This document shows, one piece after another, positions 16,783 to 26,380 of a stretch of 64,000 nt of DNA; positions within the stretch are counted from its first letter, which is position 1, and every line of letters begins with the position of its first letter. This stretch comes from a virus (taxonomy: Duplodnaviria > Caudoviricetes): IMG/VR virus record IMGVR_UViG_3300033068_001402, positions 7,551 to 71,550 of that record; one strand, given 5' to 3'. The translations under genes and the position numbers were made by a program. The notes beneath the pieces were generated by a model. That model was not told the origin of the DNA and did no database searches. It saw nothing but the letters and a program-made list of their open reading frames with translations.

Positions 16783-18602
16783 GTGGTGATCCCCGGGTAG
16801 CGGACGTTGACGAGATAATCGAGCGAGTCGAACAGAGGCAGCGCGGTCGAGGCGCCCCAGACCTCCAGCACCCACATCGCGGCGCCATCGTAGTCGGCAA
16901 TGGGGTCTTCCGCGGGCAGCGCCTCCAGCGTCTGCATCGACAGCGTGGTCTGTGCGACACTGTCGGTCAGCCACTCGAACGTCATCTGGTCCGAGGCGAG
17001 CCGCATCACAGGGAGCCACGAGACCATCAGGATCTCGTCGATGGACAGATCGGTCATCCATGGCCGGTCGATTGACAAGATTGACGCCTCACCGTCGACG
17101 TCGGTGACGACGGTGATGCCGGTCACCCGGCGGAACATCATCCGCCCGTCCGTGGTCATGACGGCCAGGGCCTTGTGCGTCAGGTCGTCAACGTAGGCCT
17201 GGTAGACATCGGTGCCGGCGACGCGGATATGGCTGACGCCCTCGACCAGGTCGAACTGCGGCGGCAGGTCGTCCAGCCACGTCGGCATCAGGAACTCGCC
17301 TACCTGACCGACCTGGCGGTTGAAGAACTGCTCCAACTCCTCGGTCTGCTCGACACCCTGTCGCACGAAGTCGGCGCGGCGGGTCATCGTCCCGAACGCG
17401 AGGGGGTTGTAGGTGGCCGTGCGGCCGAAGCCGTAGTCGATCGACTCGGTCTCCCACGCATAGCTGCTGTCGACACCAGCAGCCCAGTTCGGCCGCGTCG
17501 CGAAGACCTCGCGTCCGTCGTGTACCAGATAGCCCGGTGCGCCACGGTTCGCGGCCTCGCTTCCCGGCTCGATCGAGAAGTTGAAGCTCATGCGCGACGC
17601 GCCGTTGGTCAGATGGCGGGCCGTGAGGGTTCCTGCCAGACGACCGCTCATCGCCGGTCGCACCTCTGCCCCCGCACGCAGCGTCTCCGTAAGGGGCGCG
17701 TCGAGGGTCAGGGTAAGGCCGTCGACCTCGTCCACGATCATGACGATGCCGCCGTCCAGCACCAGCGTCTGCCCCGCGGTCATCCACCCTGGGACGCGGT
17801 CGATCTGGATCTGGTCGGCTCCGGGCGGCGCTCCATCCGGGCACACGACCGAGCGGGTGGGGTCCGGTAGCAGCCACGGTCGCCCCTGCCACTTGCTGAG
17901 CACGCGGTCCAGCGTCCGCATGTCGGCCTGCTCCAGCACCATGCCGTAGCCGATCTGCCGGCGCGCGGTCTGACGCAGGGCTCGGCGTTGCTCGTGTCCG
18001 TCGCGGGAGACGACGATGTCCGTGCGGAACTCCATTCCGACGTCGACGGCCTCGCTCCAGTTGGGCGGGAACGGCCACAGACGGGCGCGGCGTCCCAGGA
18101 CGGTCAGACTGGGCGAGTCCCCTCGGCCGGAGAAGCCGAAGGTGAAGACCGTGTCGAGTGTCGCCGGACCTTCCTCCTCGGGGGAGATGATCAGGTCGAT
18201 GACCTGCAGCGGCTCCAACACAGTCGTCGGGACCGCCCCGCCCAGCGCCAGATTGGCGTCGCGGTTGCGAGTCGTGCTCCCGATGGTCGTCGGGGTCAGG
18301 TAGGCGTTCCACAGCGAGGCGGTGCGGGTGGCGCCGCCGCTCACCGCGCCGAAGTCGATGACCTGCGGCAGGACGTGGATGCGGTTGTACCAGTCCTCCA
18401 CGAACGTCGCCGCCCGCGCGCCGCCCTTGGCCACGTTGCGCACGGAGATGGGGCGCGCGCTGGTCAGCGGGCCGGAAACCTTGAGGGTCGCGTCGTAGCC
18501 GTCCCGCGTGCCTTGCGGCAGCAGATGGTCGCCCGGGACGTTGACCGACAAGCCGGGCGTCGGGGCGAACAGGAAGCCGGTGAGGAACGCGCCGCTGGTC
18601 AA
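16779..18602 (-). CDS. Virion structural/distal tail protein
   Basis: FVEDWYNRIHV, PPNWSEAV..EFRTDI..EQRRALR motifs; TTG start inferred after upstream stop at 18610. Confidence 0.75.
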   Translation of the reverse strand: MTSGAFLTGFLFAPTPGLSVNVPGDHLLPQGTRDGYDATLKVSGPLTSARPISVRNVAKGGARAATFVEDWYNRIHVLPQVIDFGAVSGGATRTASLWNAYLTPTTIGSTTRNRDANLALGGAVPTTVLEPLQVIDLIISPEEEGPATLDTVFTFGFSGRGDSPSLTVLGRRARLWPFPPNWSEAVDVGMEFRTDIVVSRDGHEQRRALRQTARRQIGYGMVLEQADMRTLDRVLSKWQGRPWLLPDPTRSVVCPDGAPPGADQIQIDRVPGWMTAGQTLVLDGGIVMIVDEVDGLTLTLDAPLTETLRAGAEVRPAMSGRLAGTLTARHLTNGASRMSFNFSIEPGSEAANRGAPGYLVHDGREVFATRPNWAAGVDSSYAWETESIDYGFGRTATYNPLAFGTMTRRADFVRQGVEQTEELEQFFNRQVGQVGEFLMPTWLDDLPPQFDLVEGVSHIRVAGTDVYQAYVDDLTHKALAVMTTDGRMMFRRVTGITVVTDVDGEASILSIDRPWMTDLSIDEILMVSWLPVMRLASDQMTFEWLTDSVAQTTLSMQTLEALPAEDPIADYDGAAMWVLEVWGASTALPLFDSLDYLVNVRYPGITT

Positions 18603-18609
18603 GGTCGCG

Positions 18610-19554
18610 TCAGTCCTTCGGGTACGCGTAGCCGACGTTGAAGCTGGTCTCGGCGACACCCCAGCCCGAGGTGGACTTCAGCACCGTCGCATCGCCCTTG
18701 GCGAAGGCCGGGAAGACCTTCCACGTCTGGCTGCCGATGACGAACTCGCCGCCCGGCTCCAGGTCTGCCATGTTGACCATCCTCACGCCGGCAGGGTGGC
18801 CGAGCGGCGCGAAGACAGTGTCGTCCGACGTCGGGATCGAGGCGTACAGGTTCAGCGGCGTCAGGATCTGGACCCCGGCGAAGGGCGACTTGCCGCGCGC
18901 CAGATAGCCGTCGTTGACGTCGTCCTTGAAGCCGCCGACCGCGTAGCTGGAGTCGTTCTGGTTGTAGAACGGCCACTGGGGGCCGTAGAAGCGCCGCCAC
19001 GACGTCGGGTTGCCGGCGTGAACGGCGTTGACGCCGCCCTTCATGTTGTAGGTCGCGATGTCGTCGCGCATCCCGCCGAACAGGTAGTGGGCGTTGCGGT
19101 AGCTCATCGGGTAGGCGTAGATCGAGTTGCTTGCGCCCATGTTGGCGCTCCCGACCACCTCGCCGCCCGTGTACCCGCCGGCCTTGACCATGTTGCCCAG
19201 ATACAGGTGGCGGTAGCTGTTGAAGCCGTACTCGACCACGATGGCCATGAACGGCTCCGGGGAGTCGTCGGCGAACAGATGCACCTTCGAGGGGATCGAG
19301 GTGGCAGGGGTCCCGCTGGTGCCGTTCAGGCGGGGCGAGATGATGCGGGCGTTCTCGCCGCCCTGCGTCCAGGTGAGCGTGTGGTCGGCCCCGCTGACCG
19401 ATGCCGCGAGCTGGAAGGAAATGCCCCCGCCCGCGCGCGTCAGCACCGGGGACGACGAGACGCCGGTCACCGTCCACCCGTTCGTTGCGGCGAACGTGGC
19501 GACCAGAGCCGGGATCTGGCTCAGGCTGGTGATGCTGGATTCCTGATAGGCCAA
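18610..19554 (-). CDS. Virion structural protein
   Basis: D3112/B3-like tail cluster; YRHLYLG, WKVFP motifs. Confidence 0.75.
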   Translation of the reverse strand: MAYQESSITSLSQIPALVATFAATNGWTVTGVSSSPVLTRAGGGISFQLAASVSGADHTLTWTQGGENARIISPRLNGTSGTPATSIPSKVHLFADDSPEPFMAIVVEYGFNSYRHLYLGNMVKAGGYTGGEVVGSANMGASNSIYAYPMSYRNAHYLFGGMRDDIATYNMKGGVNAVHAGNPTSWRRFYGPQWPFYNQNDSSYAVGGFKDDVNDGYLARGKSPFAGVQILTPLNLYASIPTSDDTVFAPLGHPAGVRMVNMADLEPGGEFVIGSQTWKVFPAFAKGDATVLKSTSGWGVAETSFNVGYAYPKD

Positions 19555-19569
19555 GCGTGTCTCTCCGTA

Positions 19570-20541
19570 TCAGGCCAGGGCCAAGGCCCAGTAATCGCCC
19601 TCGCCCGTGCGGAACACGTCCTGCACGGTCAGGTGATCCACGCCGCCCACGGTGACGAGGTTCTGCGACGAGTTCCCGAAGCCGGTGACATGGAAGCAGC
19701 CGTCCAGCACCCCGTAGGTCTGGTCGGACGGGCTCTCCTGCACCAGCGTGAACGGCGTCAGCAGCAGGTCGCCGCCGAAGCAGGACCGCATCCGCCAGCG
19801 CAGGGCCTCATGGCCGAAGTGGGTGGTGTCGCCGTTCACCGACAGCCCGAAGCCGCCGAAGAACTTGCGCGGCGCGATGGCCACATTGGTGGGGTCGCCG
19901 AACACGCCGCAGCTCAGCCAGTCGCCCTGCGGGCTCAGCAGCCATGCCGAACCGTGGTGGATGCCGGGCGCCGTGTCGTAGTGGCTGTGGGGGAAGTGGC
20001 GGTGATAGACGCTGGTCGAGCGCCAGGACGACACGTCGGTCGCGTCCGTCTCGCCGGCCGACCCGCCGATGAACAGCGGGTAGCTGTACTGGTCGGGCAT
20101 GGCGTAGGGCAGGATCAGGCCGCCGTACATCGTCTCGAACACGGTCGAGATCTTCAGCACCACGGCGAAGCGGCGGCCGTTGGCGACCAGCCAATGTGAC
20201 ATCGTATTGCTGTCGGTGAACATCCGCACGACGTGGGGGGTGCAGTTGACGTGGCCCGTGATGCTGGTGGCGCTCGGGATCACGCCCGTCATGCCGATCA
20301 ACTGAATCTCAGACTCGTCGTCGCTGACGCGCTTGATCCCGCGCAGGCCGATATAGACTTCGTCCTCGTCGGAAAGCCCCGGACCCTTCAGAACGACACC
20401 CGCTTGCTGACCGCTCCCGTGCGTCCAGACGATTTCCCACGCCTCTCCTGCGGAAACCAGATCCGCGTTGGAGGTCAGGAAGGTGATCAGCTTTGACCAG
20501 AGGTCATCGTGGTCGGTAGCGGTGCCGGTCGCGAATGCCAT
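19570..20541 (-). CDS. Virion structural protein
   Basis: MAFATGTA..YPLFIGGS..YGVLDG..QDVFR motifs. Confidence 0.75.
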   Translation of the reverse strand: MAFATGTATDHDDLWSKLITFLTSNADLVSAGEAWEIVWTHGSGQQAGVVLKGPGLSDEDEVYIGLRGIKRVSDDESEIQLIGMTGVIPSATSITGHVNCTPHVVRMFTDSNTMSHWLVANGRRFAVVLKISTVFETMYGGLILPYAMPDQYSYPLFIGGSAGETDATDVSSWRSTSVYHRHFPHSHYDTAPGIHHGSAWLLSPQGDWLSCGVFGDPTNVAIAPRKFFGGFGLSVNGDTTHFGHEALRWRMRSCFGGDLLLTPFTLVQESPSDQTYGVLDGCFHVTGFGNSSQNLVTVGGVDHLTVQDVFRTGEGDYWALALA

Positions 20542-20547
20542 GGATGT

Positions 20548-20571
20548 TGTCGTATCACTAAACGGTTGACA
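20548..20571 (+). promoter_or_regulatory. 24-bp promoter/operator element, identical to 14680-14703
   Basis: TGTCGTATCACTAAACGGTTGACA; TAGTCA again 18 bp after TTGACA. Confidence 0.7.
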
Positions 20572-20642
20572 GGGGAAGAAGGTGGGGTGTAGTCAGCTTC
20601 TTGTTGAAACACTTTCACGCCTGTCAGAGAGGCACGACGACA

Positions 20643-21344
20643 ATGACCTACAAGCATGACTTCCGTGGAGGCGACACGATCCGCCGAATCGCCAACCCCG
20701 TCGAGGGGGTGCGCGCGATTCGCGACGTGTCTGCGGTCCAGCCGCATCGTGCGCCGTGCTCGGGATATTCGGTATGCTACATCGACAACACCGGCAAGAC
20801 GACCTGGTCGACGGCCAGCGACTTCGAGCTGATCGCCCGCGCTGGCGAGCCGGTGAAGTACCAGGCCGGCGACGTGGTGGAGTACGCCTACAATAAACCG
20901 CCGACTGTCCGCGGAAAGGTAAAACCCGGCGTCAGCGTCACCACCATCAAGGTCGAATGGGACAACAAGGCGTGCTCCGACTACACCTATGTGCCCGGGG
21001 ACCTCCGACTCGTCCACCGCCCGGACGCCGCGGTCTCGACCATCGCCGCCGTCGCGAAGGAACTGCGGCCGTCTGATCTGCAGGTCGGTGATCGGGCGCG
21101 ATTCATCTTCGAGGCGACGGTCACCGGTCCTCTGAGCGACACGACCAGTATGTTGTTCTCGGCCGAGGACGTGGCCACCGCCACCATCGAACTGATCGAC
21201 CGGCCGCCGTTGAAGCCCGGCGACAAGGTGCGCGTCGAGGGCGTAGAGGGCGTCTTCGTCACCCAGAAATACGGCGAGACCGTCATCGACACCGGCTCGG
21301 AGTTGCTGGTCAGCGAGGCCGGATGCGCGGTGGAACGAGCGTGA
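20643..21344 (+). CDS. Hypothetical protein (possible SH3/KOW-like repeats)
   Basis: AGAGG RBS; repeated GD.V segments (GGDTIR, AGDVVE, VGDRAR, PGDKVR). Confidence 0.65.
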   Translation: MTYKHDFRGGDTIRRIANPVEGVRAIRDVSAVQPHRAPCSGYSVCYIDNTGKTTWSTASDFELIARAGEPVKYQAGDVVEYAYNKPPTVRGKVKPGVSVTTIKVEWDNKACSDYTYVPGDLRLVHRPDAAVSTIAAVAKELRPSDLQVGDRARFIFEATVTGPLSDTTSMLFSAEDVATATIELIDRPPLKPGDKVRVEGVEGVFVTQKYGETVIDTGSELLVSEAGCAVERA

Positions 21345-21529
21345 CCAAGCCCCTCCCCCAGCCCGGCGACCGGCTCTACCAGACGCAGCGCGTCGGGACG
21401 AACCGCTTCACCAAGGTGGCCGTCGACATCCTCCAGCGCCACGAGGACGGCTTCTTCACGGTCGCCCTGAAGGACGGTCGGGCGCGGCGCTGGTCCCCGG
21501 AAGCGGTGGCGAAGCTGAGGGCAGGTTAA
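21341..21529 (+). CDS. Small hypothetical protein
   Basis: GTG start overlaps upstream stop; converges on the tape measure stop. Confidence 0.55.
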   Translation: MTKPLPQPGDRLYQTQRVGTNRFTKVAVDILQRHEDGFFTVALKDGRARRWSPEAVAKLRAG

Positions 21530-24500
21530 CCCGACGCCGCGCCACCGAATGCCGCCTGGTTGTCGCGCACCCAACTCAGCATGACCTGCTCGCCCACCTT
21601 GGTCTGCAGGGCCATACGCAGCGCCTCGGCCGGGTCGAAGACGTTCACGACCTTGACGTTGGCCGCACCGCCCCCGCCACCGCCGCCGCCATTGGCGATG
21701 TGGCGGGGGTCGTTGCGCGTCAGCACCTCCTCGCCCTTCTGGAGGATCGCGGGCATCTCGTTGGGTCGGAGCCCGGCGATGCCGCCCGTGTGGTAGCGCG
21801 TGGCGTTCGCGAACCACGACGAGTCGACCGCCCGAGCCGTGCCGCCTTGTCCGACCACGCCACCGTCGTGGAACATCTTGCCGATGAACGACGCGATCGT
21901 CCCGCCGACGCCACCCGCGCCACCGCCGCCCCCGCCCATAGCGCTGCTGACGAGATTGAAGATGACCTGTTTCAGGATCATCTGGGCGATCTGGCGCAGG
22001 AAGTCCGAGGCGAACTGGAGGAAGGCGTTCTTGAGCGAGTCGATCACGTTCTCGCCGTTCGCCACCGACTGGGCGAAGCGGTCGAACGCGCTGGCCACGC
22101 CGCTGGCGAGGGACTCGTTGATCTGCCGCCCGGTCTGCAGGAACTGCGTGCCCAGGTTCTGGGCCGGCGGGATGGCGTTCTTCGCCGACAGGATGATGCC
22201 CTCGACCTCGGCGCGCGTCTTGCCCAGCGCGGCCAGCGCCTCGGGGTTGTTGGCGATGGTCTGCCACAGGCTCGTGAAGTTGTTGATCGCCGTCGTCAGC
22301 GCCGCGTTGACGCCGTTGAGCTGCGTTTCCAGCGTGTCGGCGGCGGCGTTGTTGCCCCGGTTCCGCTCGAACTCGATCGCCTGCATCAGCGCCTGGCGCT
22401 GCGCGGTCAGGGCGTCCATCTCGCGCTGGGCGGCCTGAACTGGCGCCTCGGCGGCGGCCTTGGCGTTGGCGAGGTCGAAGTAGGCGCCCGTGGTTTGCGC
22501 CAGCAGAACCAGTCGAGCCTGCAGCGCCGGATCATCGGCGGGGATGCCCGCCTTGGTAGCGTCCTCCCTCGCCTTCGCAATGGCATCCTCGATCGCCTGC
22601 TCGCGCTGCTTGGCCAGAAGCTGCTCGCCGGAAAGTCCGACCAACTCGCGCATCTGCCGGGTGTCGAGCGCTCGCGTTCGGATCTGCCTGTCGAGTTGGT
22701 CCGTGTACTGCTTCTGGCGGTCAAGTCGCTCCCGGTCCTGCTCGGCGTTGTCCGCGACGATCGCCTGGTTGGGCGCCGCCAGCATGTCGGCTTCTTGGTT
22801 ACGACGCGCGCGGTTAACGCCACCGTTGTCGTTGCCGAGTCCGCGAACCGCCGCGGCGATCTCCTCGGAGCTCCCCGTCTTGACCGCGCTGATGATGCGT
22901 TCGGGGAGGCTGCCGTAGTTGTAGGCGATCGAGGTCAGCGCCGCTTGTTGCTGCGCGGAGAAGGCGCTGTAGCGTTCTGCGCCGATCTGGGACTTGATGA
23001 CGTTGACGAACTCGCCGATGCGGCGCTCAAGGTCCCGAACGGCGTCCGCCTCTGTGACGCCTGTCGTATTCGCGCTGACCCGGCTGACCCGACCCATGGC
23101 GTCCGTGGTCGTGTCCGAACCGTAACCGACCCGATAGGCGTTCACGTCCCAGTAGGCGGACGAACGGAATCCTTCCTTGGCCTTGATCAGCGCGATGGTC
23201 TGGTTCAGGGCGGTGCCGGCCTCACGGGCAGCCCGGGCTTGCCGTTCGGTCTCCTGAGCGAGTTCGCGAGCGGCTTGGACTTGCGCCTGCTGAACCCGCT
23301 CCGTCTCGCGGCGGATTGCCTGCTCACGCATGGCCTGTGCGATGGCCCGGTCGCCGCTCGCCAGCATCTCCCTCTCGAAAGCCAGTCGACCGGCTTCCTC
23401 AATCCGCTGCTGTCCGCGGAGTTCGTCCAGCGCGTCGCGCTGCTCTTCGATGCGGATTTCAGCGAGTCGGCGACGGCGACGCTCGACAGAGACGGGATCT
23501 TCAGCCTGTGCAGGATCAGTCGCAGCGATCCGCTTGTTTTGGTCGATCAGTCGCTCACGCTCAGCGATCAGTCGCTGAATCTCCGCCGTCGACTCTGCGA
23601 CCTGGTTGTCTCGGAACCACTTCCCCCCTCGCAGAGTGGAGCTATTCAGCTCGTTGATGTTCCTCTGCAGGCGGGCGACTTCGCGGTTGATTTCATCAAT
23701 ACGGGCACCGCTACTGACTGCCTTGCCGACTCCAGATACAGCGTCGGCAAGTTCATTCAGGGCATGGGTGATGCCTCGCACCACGCTGACCTGCGCGAGT
23801 CGATTGAGAAACGCCTGCCAGATGGTGTCCAGCGACCTGATGGCGTCGGTCCACGGGCCGCGAGCCTTGTCTGCTGCGTCCCCCATCCTTTCGACATAGA
23901 TGGACAGTCCCCGCGCCCGAGCTTCGTGAGCACGCCCCTCCTCGAAGAGGGTGCGGATCAACTCAAGTTCGGACGTGGTGTAAGTGTTCGTCTCCTCGTT
24001 CAACCGCACGATGGCGTCGTAGCCGCCCGTGAAGGCATTCGCGAGCTTGGAGGCGGCGTCAGGAACCTTGGTCCCCATGACGTCGGCCATATCTTGCGCG
24101 GCCTGTCCAAACGTGACGAACAGCTCCGGGTTCAGCCCCTCCTTAACGAAGGTGCGGACGACGGAGATCGCATCCTTGGCAGACAGGCCGTAGCGATCCA
24201 AGGTCTCTGCGGCGTTGGCGAGTTCCTTGGCCTGATAGGCGGCGCCGTTACCACTTGCTGTGAGCGCGCCTTCGAGTTCGCGCAGTCGGGAGGCTTGGTC
24301 GCCGACCTCCTTCAGCCCGAGCACCAGCGCGCCCACCGCCGCCACGGTCACCAGGATTGCCGGGTTAGTCAGGGCGGCCACGATAGCAGCACCCGCTCGC
24401 GGGAAGATCTGGATGATCTGGCCGCCCTGCTGAGCCAAGGTCTGCGTGACGGACGTGCCCGACGCGATCTGCGTGACCACGTCGTTGATCTGGTAGCCGA

Positions 24501-25662
24501 GGTTCTGGACGGCGTAGGGCGTCAGGCCGAACAGCGCGGGCTTGCCGCCGGGGGCCTGACCGATAGCCTGCCCGGCGCGGTCGGCGTTCGCCTTCAGCAG
24601 AGCCGTCGCCTGCGCCATCTCCGTAGCGCTGATCTTCCCAGCTCTATAGAGAGTGTTCGCCTCCGCCAGCTCCTTATTCAGGCGGTCTTGGATACCCGCC
24701 ATGGGGTCGATCTGGGCGCGCAGCCGGGCCGCGGCCTCGGCCATGTCCCGCTCGGCAGCCGCATTGGCGCGCAGCAGCCCCTCGGAGTCGGCCAGGTCGC
24801 GCTTGTAGGCGGCATCGAATACGGCAGCGGACGCGGCGGCCGACCCTCGGGCTACGTTGTTCGCAGCGCCGGGCAGCAGCGTCGCGGCACGCGCGCGCGC
24901 CTGTTCGATCCGCAGCAGTTCGGTCTGAGCGTCCTGCTCGGCGCGCAGCTTGTCGACCTTCTCCTGCTGGGCGGCGATCTGCTGGTTCAGCAGGCCCAGC
25001 TCACCCGTGTCGCGGGTGACCCCGGTCGCGGCCTCGATGGACCGCAGCACCTGGGCATTGCGCTCGGCGGCGGAGGTCTGGCGCAGGAGGGCGATCGTCT
25101 CCTGCTCGATCGTCCGACGCAGCTTGTCCTGTGCGATCTCGGCAGCGTTGGCCACCGAGCCGATCTGCTGGAGCGATGAGCGCTGCCCGTCGAGGGCGGC
25201 TTCCTGCTGGGCGAGCGAGGCGCGAAGGCGGTCCTGCTGGGCGATCAGCTTGTCGTACTGCGTCTCCAGCAGCTTGATCTGGGCCAGCCGCCCGGACTGG
25301 TCGCGGCCGGCGTCGACGATCGCGTCGGGGGAGTTGAGGCGCTTCAGCGCCGCGGCGGCTCCGTTGGCTTGCCCTTCGAGCGCCGCGAGCTGGGCGCGGT
25401 TCTCGGCGAGGCGGGCTTCCTGACGCGCGAACGCGGCGGCTGCCGTGTCGGCGCCGCTGCTGATCTGGGCGTAGGCCTTGTCGAGCGCCCCGGCCTGCTT
25501 GGCGAGGTCCTGAAGCCGGGACCCGGCCTTGTCAGCCGAGGCCCCGACGTCGTTGTTGACGCCCAGCAGCTTTTCGAGGGACTGGGAGGCCGCGTCGAAC
25601 GCCTTGGACGCTTCGTCCTTGGCGCGGATCAGGAGTTGGACGTCGCGGCGGTTGGTGGCCAT
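21526..25662 (-). CDS. Tail tape measure protein with internal lysozyme-like domain
   Basis: 1378 aa, Ala-rich helical; QNLGYQINDVVTQ..QQGGQI motif; lambda-like C-terminus; KEGFRSSAYWDVNAYRVGYG lysozyme motif. Confidence 0.92.
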   Translation of the reverse strand: MATNRRDVQLLIRAKDEASKAFDAASQSLEKLLGVNNDVGASADKAGSRLQDLAKQAGALDKAYAQISSGADTAAAAFARQEARLAENRAQLAALEGQANGAAAALKRLNSPDAIVDAGRDQSGRLAQIKLLETQYDKLIAQQDRLRASLAQQEAALDGQRSSLQQIGSVANAAEIAQDKLRRTIEQETIALLRQTSAAERNAQVLRSIEAATGVTRDTGELGLLNQQIAAQQEKVDKLRAEQDAQTELLRIEQARARAATLLPGAANNVARGSAAASAAVFDAAYKRDLADSEGLLRANAAAERDMAEAAARLRAQIDPMAGIQDRLNKELAEANTLYRAGKISATEMAQATALLKANADRAGQAIGQAPGGKPALFGLTPYAVQNLGYQINDVVTQIASGTSVTQTLAQQGGQIIQIFPRAGAAIVAALTNPAILVTVAAVGALVLGLKEVGDQASRLRELEGALTASGNGAAYQAKELANAAETLDRYGLSAKDAISVVRTFVKEGLNPELFVTFGQAAQDMADVMGTKVPDAASKLANAFTGGYDAIVRLNEETNTYTTSELELIRTLFEEGRAHEARARGLSIYVERMGDAADKARGPWTDAIRSLDTIWQAFLNRLAQVSVVRGITHALNELADAVSGVGKAVSSGARIDEINREVARLQRNINELNSSTLRGGKWFRDNQVAESTAEIQRLIAERERLIDQNKRIAATDPAQAEDPVSVERRRRRLAEIRIEEQRDALDELRGQQRIEEAGRLAFEREMLASGDRAIAQAMREQAIRRETERVQQAQVQAARELAQETERQARAAREAGTALNQTIALIKAKEGFRSSAYWDVNAYRVGYGSDTTTDAMGRVSRVSANTTGVTEADAVRDLERRIGEFVNVIKSQIGAERYSAFSAQQQAALTSIAYNYGSLPERIISAVKTGSSEEIAAAVRGLGNDNGGVNRARRNQEADMLAAPNQAIVADNAEQDRERLDRQKQYTDQLDRQIRTRALDTRQMRELVGLSGEQLLAKQREQAIEDAIAKAREDATKAGIPADDPALQARLVLLAQTTGAYFDLANAKAAAEAPVQAAQREMDALTAQRQALMQAIEFERNRGNNAAADTLETQLNGVNAALTTAINNFTSLWQTIANNPEALAALGKTRAEVEGIILSAKNAIPPAQNLGTQFLQTGRQINESLASGVASAFDRFAQSVANGENVIDSLKNAFLQFASDFLRQIAQMILKQVIFNLVSSAMGGGGGGAGGVGGTIASFIGKMFHDGGVVGQGGTARAVDSSWFANATRYHTGGIAGLRPNEMPAILQKGEEVLTRNDPRHIANGGGGGGGGAANVKVVNVFDPAEALRMALQTKVGEQVMLSWVRDNQAAFGGAASG

Positions 25663-25663
25663 T

Positions 25664-25879
25664 CTACTCTCCGGCCAGACCTTTGATCAGAGTCTGGAAG
25701 TGCTTCTGTGCGTCCTGCGACGCCCCCATCCCCGTCGTCATGGTCGCCGACTGAATGATGACTCCCAGGGTCGCCATCTCTCCGTTCTTCCGATCCACCA
25801 CCAGCCCGGCTTCATCGAAGACGCGGGCCAGGTGATAGCGGTCGGCCATGGGGTGCCCGTTGGACTGCAGCAGGCTCAC
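25664..25879 (-). CDS. C-terminal part of frameshifted tail assembly chaperone (gpGT-like)
   Basis: Open -1 frame downstream of GGGAAAG, directly upstream of the tape measure gene. Confidence 0.75.
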   Translation of the reverse strand: MSLLQSNGHPMADRYHLARVFDEAGLVVDRKNGEMATLGVIIQSATMTTGMGASQDAQKHFQTLIKGLAGE

Positions 25880-25908
25880 CTGCCGCCGGACACCCCATAG
25901 CCACGACT

Positions 25909-26367
25909 TCAGGTCTTGGGCGCGCTCAGAGACGCCGTCGCGCTTTGCGCTGTTGCGAGCACGAGGCTGAGGAACTTTCCCGGCGGCATGTCCGACGTGA
26001 AGGTGAGCGCGCCGATCTTCTGCAGCGCGTCCATCTGCACGCCCAGGCTGAGCCGGAGCAGGTTCTGAACGCAGGCGGTGAAGCCCTCGACGTCGGTCGG
26101 ATCGGCGTCCATCGAGAGGGCGATGATCTCGGCCATCAGCAGAGGGGTTGCCCCGATCATCTGCACACCGGCCTGAAGCACCTCGCCTTCGGCGACCGCC
26201 TCCTTGGCCTTCACCTTGCCGGCGAACTGGTCGAACAGGTCGCTCAGTTGTCCGGCGTGGCGATAGTACAGTTGCAGGGCATCGTTGAGGCTCATGCCCC
26301 GGACGGCGAACTCGCCGCCGCCCGGAACTTGAACCTTCTCGGTGGGGATTACGACAACAGGTCCCAT
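25909..26367 (-). CDS. Tail assembly chaperone (gpG-like)
   Basis: Between tail tube and tape measure; contains the slippery site. Confidence 0.8.
   Translation of the reverse strand: MGPVVVIPTEKVQVPGGGEFAVRGMSLNDALQLYYRHAGQLSDLFDQFAGKVKAKEAVAEGEVLQAGVQMIGATPLLMAEIIALSMDADPTDVEGFTACVQNLLRLSLGVQMDALQKIGALTFTSDMPPGKFLSLVLATAQSATASLSAPKT
25975..25981 (-). promoter_or_regulatory. -1 programmed ribosomal frameshift heptamer GGGAAAG
   Basis: Same heptamer as lambda G/T, at Gly-Lys codons; -1 frame is open to 25664. Confidence 0.8.
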
Positions 26368-26380
26368 GATGCGTTTTCCT

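Noticed and set aside
21700-25179. Very long plus-strand ORF (1159 aa) opposite the tape measure gene; similar long ORFs at 1492-3918, 29543-31780, 36065-38347, 47086-49137 and 61440-63530
   Set aside because: Shadow ORFs from GC-rich codon usage; antisense to clearly recognisable genes and with no motifs
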